Shown here piece by piece: positions 59,801-64,000 of a stretch of 64,000 nt of DNA. Numbering within the stretch: position 1 is the stretch's first letter; each line of letters starts with the position of its first letter. The notes below the pieces were generated by a model. The model was not told where the DNA came from. It saw nothing but the letters and a program-made list of their open reading frames with translations, and ran no database searches. The position numbers and the translations under genes were made by a program. The stretch lies in the NCBI GenBank assembly GCA_965242925.1, contig CBDEUM010000034.1, positions 1 to 64,000 of the forward strand, written 5' to 3'. This DNA comes from Roseibacillus sp. GTDB lineage: Bacteria > Verrucomicrobiota > Verrucomicrobiia > Verrucomicrobiales > Akkermansiaceae.

Positions 59801-60755
59801 CGGACAAATCTCCACTCGCGGCGAAACGATCGGGTTGCTCGACGCGAGCGCATCTGAGATTGACTCGCTGACAACACCGAGCACGCCCTCGGCCCAGCAG
59901 GATTCGCTGCGCATCACGGAGTTGCACTACGCCCCCCCGGGAGGGAGGTCATTCGAGTTTATCGAATTGAAGAATATCGGAGACGGCCCGCTCGATCTTG
60001 CCGGCGTGCATTTCAGCAACGGCGTGACTTTCAATTTCACTGGCGGAGAGCTGGCACCGGGAGCCTATGGGATCCTCGTCACCGACCCGGCCAACTTCCC
60101 TGGCTGGAATGTGCTCGGCACCTATGCCGGCTCGCTCGACAACGGAGGAGAGCAGCTTGTCCTGCGCGATTCCACAGGGGAGAACATCCTGTCCTTCAGA
60201 TTTGACGGAGATTGGTTCCCCCCGGCGCGAAGAGGCGGTCACAGTATCGATATTCTTGACGAGAACTCCGACTGGAGCGCTTGGGATTTCCGGTCGAACT
60301 GGGCCCTCAGTGCCGAACTCAATGGATCGCCGGGAGAAGTTAACCCGACACCACAACGCCATACCTACCGCTCGTGGAGCGCCCAGTTCTTCACTCCGGC
60401 GGAGTTGACCGACCCCTTGGTCAGCGCTGCGGAGGCGGACGCCAGTGGTGATGGCGTTCCCAACCTTATCAAGTATGCCCTGGGAATTGATCCCGTCATC
60501 CGGACCCGGGCGGGACTGCCTGCCGTTGACACCGAGAGCGGCTTCCTCAGCTTCAGTTTCCGGAGGCTCGCGAAGGCCGGCGATCTCAGCCTGGTGGTCG
60601 AGATTTCGACCGACTTGATTTCGTGGAGCGCGCTTACTGCTGTGGCCGCCGTCATCGAGAATGGCGATGGCACCGAGAACCTCACTTTTCGTTCAGACTT
60701 ACCGCTCTCTGATCAGCCGCGGCAGTTCATTCGTCTGAAGGTCATCCAGAACTAG
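56817..60755 (+). CDS. Secreted lamin-tail / CotH-kinase protein
   Basis: ISEFLA.N..DWIEL LTD motifs; RVRGGSS...KKSYKF and NND...KNYY...PWDLD CotH motifs; ends RQFIRLKVIQN; start reassigned. Confidence 0.9.
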   Translation: MRSQTSPICPLIFMLCYLGACSFLADGGEVIISEFLAVNTSGLADENGDDSDWIELSSISGAAVDLTGWHLTDNALTLDKWAFPGVTLNSGAKLVVFASGKDRAVNGEELHTNFKLARGGEYLALVRPDGVTIESEFAPSYPPQYPDISYGAGDADGSTVQLVGPGNDVRFTVPGDSSEDVDGARPFNATGFDDSAWTWAALGIGYATQAGDPYDDFIGPGGDVEGPLYQRNTTIYLRIPFNIDGSDEVTSLILRARYDDGFAIYINGSAMLASSNPPADGVFDYEAEAGSDHSDTAAIALESFAINLDDVNLLAGTNILAVHGMNRGVSGSNMLFDCELDAQLTPASGSSQLIYMTTPTPGSENAGGVPDLGPIIRNVTENPERPDVAIQSELLITAEVTPSRDPIASVTLVHRRGFGGESSVQMKDDGLSPDVVVADGVYSAALPLAHLAAGEMVRWRIESTDRGGTISRNPFFGDPLNSPEYFGTAATNPGVVSNLPVLEWFIRNPGAANNRAGTRASCIYLGEFYDNIFCRVRGGSSAGLSKKSYKFDFNTDHHFRFDPDPDSVRAEEFNLNTTWTDKSYVRQPLSYEFYDLAGSPGSVCFLTRVQQNGAFFSVAAYTEQVDRRLLRREERIDDDGALYKMFNGGSSSTSGVEKKNRMHENNSDLAAFLSGMNASGSTLENFIFDNIDLPRQLNYLAATVLTQNNDNMRKNYYLYRDSDGTGEWTQLPWDLDLTWGSHYMTSDNISDDGIWATADYVLGGRSSNTPISPSHPFVGIQELPGNRSWNRIIDKLLENGRFKAMFQRRLRTLVDELLISTVADDRIEEMVLALGNDAVLDKNKWGQFGQPQSLARAIRTLKSGYLAPRRTHLSVTHQASNARSYQAPVGAPAAVNSARLPEPQPTNPRITFGSFENNPSSGNQDEEYIELRNANSFAVDISGWRLTGGVAFTFLPGTIIEARHSLYVSPKVSAFRTRTVSPKGGEGLNVEGDYDGQISTRGETIGLLDASASEIDSLTTPSTPSAQQDSLRITELHYAPPGGRSFEFIELKNIGDGPLDLAGVHFSNGVTFNFTGGELAPGAYGILVTDPANFPGWNVLGTYAGSLDNGGEQLVLRDSTGENILSFRFDGDWFPPARRGGHSIDILDENSDWSAWDFRSNWALSAELNGSPGEVNPTPQRHTYRSWSAQFFTPAELTDPLVSAAEADASGDGVPNLIKYALGIDPVIRTRAGLPAVDTESGFLSFSFRRLAKAGDLSLVVEISTDLISWSALTAVAAVIENGDGTENLTFRSDLPLSDQPRQFIRLKVIQN

Positions 60756-60795
60756 ACCCTCCTCCCCAATCCAACCCATCCACACCGTTAGTCCA

Positions 60796-62331
60796 ATGAA
60801 AACCAGAATCCTGATCGCCGTCGCTTTCGCCCTTGGGGCAACCTCCATGTCCATGGCCGATTTCCCCGCGGTCGTCCTTTCCGATTCCCCTCTTGCCTAT
60901 TACCGCTTCGAGGAGGTGCCGGGAGCAAGCGTGATTGCCGACTCCAGCGGGAACGGGCTCGATGCTGATTACAGTGCTCCTATCGGGACGACCGTTCTGG
61001 GTGAGCCCGGGGTGGTCGGTCTGGCCGCCCTCTTCAATGGTGACGATGGTATCTTGACGCCCCTGAGGTTCGACCCTTCCGCAGGCGACTTCTCCATTGA
61101 GACTGTCTTCAACCCGACGATCATCCCTGGCGACGCGGGAATCATCGTCTCAAACCAGAACGGCAACGGTATAGGCCGCAGCAACCTGTTCGTCCATAGC
61201 ACCGCGAACTTCCGGTCGTACATTGGCGGAGGACCCACAAATGCCGGACCACTTTTCGAAGCGGAAACCTGGTATCACATCATTCTCACGTATGACCAGA
61301 GTGCGGTTGCAGGCGGCGTCGATTCGACGATCCGCTTCTACGTCGACGGTGTCGAGCAAAGTGGCAGTCAGCGGGTGACCGAGCCCGCCGACGGAGGCTG
61401 GGTCCTCGGCTCGCACAAGCTCCTCGACCGACAGTTCTTCACCGGCTTGCTCGATGAGGTTGCGATCTACGATTTTCGACTCGACGATCCGGACGGTGAT
61501 GGCGACACGTCCGACTCGCGCGTGGAACCCCACTACGATGCCTACCAGAAAGGGAGCGTGATCAAAACACCGGACCTTGCTTTGGCCGTCACCAGGAGTG
61601 GTTCCGATCTCGTGTTTGAATGGGAGAGCCAACCCGGAATGGTCTACAATCTCACGAGCAGTACCGATCTCGCTGACGACCCTCTCACTTGGGAATTGGT
61701 AGAAGGAAGCATTCCAGCGGATCCGCCCACCAACACCAAGATCATCCTGAGGCCGGGTGATCCGACCCGTTTTTATCGGATCGAGGAGTTTCTCCCGCCC
61801 CCGATCACATTGTTCTCGGAGAACTTCGACGGTGGCCCGGGCCTTCCGGTGGGCTGGACGACTGGGGGCAATGCCCCCTCCGACACCGGGACGACTCGAT
61901 GGGAACTGGGGGATCCGACCGGCGGTTCCTTGACAGGTCCGCAAGGAGCCAACAGCGTCCCCAACTGTGTAGGAACAAACATCGCGGCCGATTATGGGAC
62001 CGAGACCGATATCTGGCTTCGGTCGCCGGGCACGATCGATCTTGCCACCGCGACCAATGCGGCTCTGACCTTCCAGCAGTTTCGCGATATCGAGGCCTTC
62101 TTCGACCTCGGTTCGATTCGCGTCCTCAAGGCCAGCGATGACAGTCAACTCGGCGCCGATCTCCTCAATCCCACAGATGGCACCGGTGATTGGGAGCAAA
62201 TCAAGGTGAACCTGCCCGCCGAAGCGCTGGGGGAAATCATCAAACTCGAATTCAGCTTCCAGGCCGACGATTTTGGGAACCAGGCCGGCTGGTACATCGA
62301 CGATGTGACCGTAACGGCCCGAGTTCCTTGA
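60796..62331 (+). CDS. Secreted LamG-like domain protein with conserved two-domain C-terminus
   Basis: LAYYRFEE, WYHIILTYD, LDEVAIY; C-terminal half paralogous to 30850..32406. Confidence 0.88.
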   Translation: MKTRILIAVAFALGATSMSMADFPAVVLSDSPLAYYRFEEVPGASVIADSSGNGLDADYSAPIGTTVLGEPGVVGLAALFNGDDGILTPLRFDPSAGDFSIETVFNPTIIPGDAGIIVSNQNGNGIGRSNLFVHSTANFRSYIGGGPTNAGPLFEAETWYHIILTYDQSAVAGGVDSTIRFYVDGVEQSGSQRVTEPADGGWVLGSHKLLDRQFFTGLLDEVAIYDFRLDDPDGDGDTSDSRVEPHYDAYQKGSVIKTPDLALAVTRSGSDLVFEWESQPGMVYNLTSSTDLADDPLTWELVEGSIPADPPTNTKIILRPGDPTRFYRIEEFLPPPITLFSENFDGGPGLPVGWTTGGNAPSDTGTTRWELGDPTGGSLTGPQGANSVPNCVGTNIAADYGTETDIWLRSPGTIDLATATNAALTFQQFRDIEAFFDLGSIRVLKASDDSQLGADLLNPTDGTGDWEQIKVNLPAEALGEIIKLEFSFQADDFGNQAGWYIDDVTVTARVP

Positions 62332-62443
62332 ACTCTGAGAGGACGGTGATCGGGCCGCAAGGGCAGCAGTCAAAAAGGCGATGGATTCCCCCCTCAAAGA
62401 TCGATGCACTGAACTCCCTGGAGAGATCAATGCTCATCGAACC

Positions 62444-64000
62444 ATGAAGAAAATCCTCCCCCTTCTTGTCCTCACCGCTCTATCAGCGGGTGGCCTGAGC
62501 GCCGGTGACGCACCGCGTCCCAACATTCTTTACTTATATGTCGATGACCTGGGGTGGGGGTCGATTGGGCCCAACGGTCAGGAGGCCCGCCGCGTCAGCG
62601 GCCTCCCCCGCGTCCTGACTCCTAATATCGACCGGCTTGCCGCGTTGGGGGTTAACTTCACGCGTGGCTACGGATGTACGGTTTGCTCTCCGGCCCGCTC
62701 ATCGCAGCAGTCGGGATTTCATCAGGGACACACTTATGCGGATCGCAACCATACTAATAATGCGAAGAAGGCGATGCGTGCTGACGACGTCTTGATTGGT
62801 GACGTCCTTTCCGCGGCCGGTTACGCCACTGGATACTGGGGGAAGTGGGGATATGGGGCCTCACAGAGCCAGATCAACCCAGTTATCCTGAACGTGCAGA
62901 CTCTTCCCAGTTCGCACGGCTATCAGCACGTTCTCGCCGAGCTCCATCACGTCCGGGCTCACACCTTCTTCCAGCCGACCCTCTGGTCATTTCGACCCGG
63001 TGATGCTGGCATGAGTCTGATCCCGAATTCGATGAGTGCTTATGCCCACAATTCGACCTATCCCGAGTATCCCGCGTTGCAGAGTGACGAAACCTACCCG
63101 ACGACTGCCTACTGCGACGACTCGTATGCCTTTGCGGCACTCGACTTTGTGCGCTCTCAGGCACAGGTCTCTCATCAGACCGGCCGCCCCTTCTTCGGTC
63201 TTCTTGCGGTTCAGGTTCCGCACTCACCCTACGGGGACATCGCAGCGTTGCCGGGATGGGACGGCGCCTACCGTGGGAATGCGCCATTCAGAACCCTGGC
63301 GCCGCAGGCAAGGCAATGGGCGGCAATGGTCACCCGGGTTGATGCGCACTTTGGCAACATTATCGCCGCTCTAGAGGACCCCAACGGCGATGGCGATCGA
63401 TCTGATTCGGTGACGGACAACACTCTCGTGATCTTTCAATCCGACAACGGGGGTCCCGGAAATAACGCTCGATCCGAGCTGGACGCCAACGGTGGCTTGC
63501 GGGGAAACAAAGGCAGCATCTGGGAAGGAGGGATCCGCGTGCCTCTCGTGGTTCGTTGGCCGGCAATGATCACGGGCAGCTCGACGCTGCGAGCCGGAAC
63601 GAGTAGCGATCTTGTGGTCGATGTCACCGACTTTCTCCCCACATTCTGTGAGCTTGCCGGCGTCGATGTCCCCGTGGGCATAGACGGGGTGTCGCTCGCG
63701 CCGACCCTCACCGGGACGGGACACCAGCGGCAACGCGAATTCCTCATTCACGAGGCAGGTTCCAACCATTCGATCATCCGGGGCAGGCACAAGCTCGTTG
63801 GTCCGGCCAATCTCCTTTATGATCTCGCTGCTGATCCCGGCGAGTCGGAGGACATATCGGGAGCCCATCCGGAACTCGTGGCGGAACTCGAATCCCTGAT
63901 GCGGGGTGAGCGAGTCACCGAGCCTCAGTGGTTCGCGAACACTTACCACCGGTGGTCCGGAGCCGACGGAGCCGGCACGTCCGATGCCGGGAATTGGTCC
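62444..64000 (+). CDS. Sulfatase (S1, Cys-type formylglycine), runs off the window
   Basis: Manual translation MKKILPLLVL...RPNILLLYVDDLGWG...TPNIDRLA...CSPAR (Cys codon at 62684), GKWG, SDNG, G.KG..WEGGIRVP. Not in ORF track. Confidence 0.92.
   Translation, partial: MKKILPLLVLTALSAGGLSAGDAPRPNILYLYVDDLGWGSIGPNGQEARRVSGLPRVLTPNIDRLAALGVNFTRGYGCTVCSPARSSQQSGFHQGHTYADRNHTNNAKKAMRADDVLIGDVLSAAGYATGYWGKWGYGASQSQINPVILNVQTLPSSHGYQHVLAELHHVRAHTFFQPTLWSFRPGDAGMSLIPNSMSAYAHNSTYPEYPALQSDETYPTTAYCDDSYAFAALDFVRSQAQVSHQTGRPFFGLLAVQVPHSPYGDIAALPGWDGAYRGNAPFRTLAPQARQWAAMVTRVDAHFGNIIAALEDPNGDGDRSDSVTDNTLVIFQSDNGGPGNNARSELDANGGLRGNKGSIWEGGIRVPLVVRWPAMITGSSTLRAGTSSDLVVDVTDFLPTFCELAGVDVPVGIDGVSLAPTLTGTGHQRQREFLIHEAGSNHSIIRGRHKLVGPANLLYDLAADPGESEDISGAHPELVAELESLMRGERVTEPQWFANTYHRWSGADGAGTSDAGNWS

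Overview
GC-rich bacterial accessory region. The gene content points to a PVC-group organism, most likely Verrucomicrobiota (inference): three DUF1592/DUF1552 pairs, three DUF1501 genes, three lamin-tail/CotH proteins, two PEP-CTERM proteins, LamG and PQQ-propeller proteins, and a sulfatase. Nearly all genes encode exported proteins. I found no rRNA, tRNA, CRISPR array, transposase or integrase. The main unexplained structure is a ~36-bp intergenic element ('element A', consensus ACCCCGCATCAGGGTGCAGGAAACAGGGTGCGGGGT). It recurs about 12 times clearly and about 8 times in degenerate form between 360 and 55716, always on the + strand, and cuts the region into modules of mostly 1-2 genes. Its right flank often carries either an orphan C-terminal tail (…DNAAFFRFSVQ*) or a promoter/leader module. 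A second 65-bp repeat family brackets two single genes. Together these suggest an integron-like cassette array with a non-attC site; the recombinase is not in the window. The ORF track also misses two probable selenoproteins (in-frame TGA in UxxC and UC motifs, each with a SECIS-like hairpin) and a 43-aa Cys/His-rich lipoprotein. All family calls come from motif recognition by eye, not database searches.
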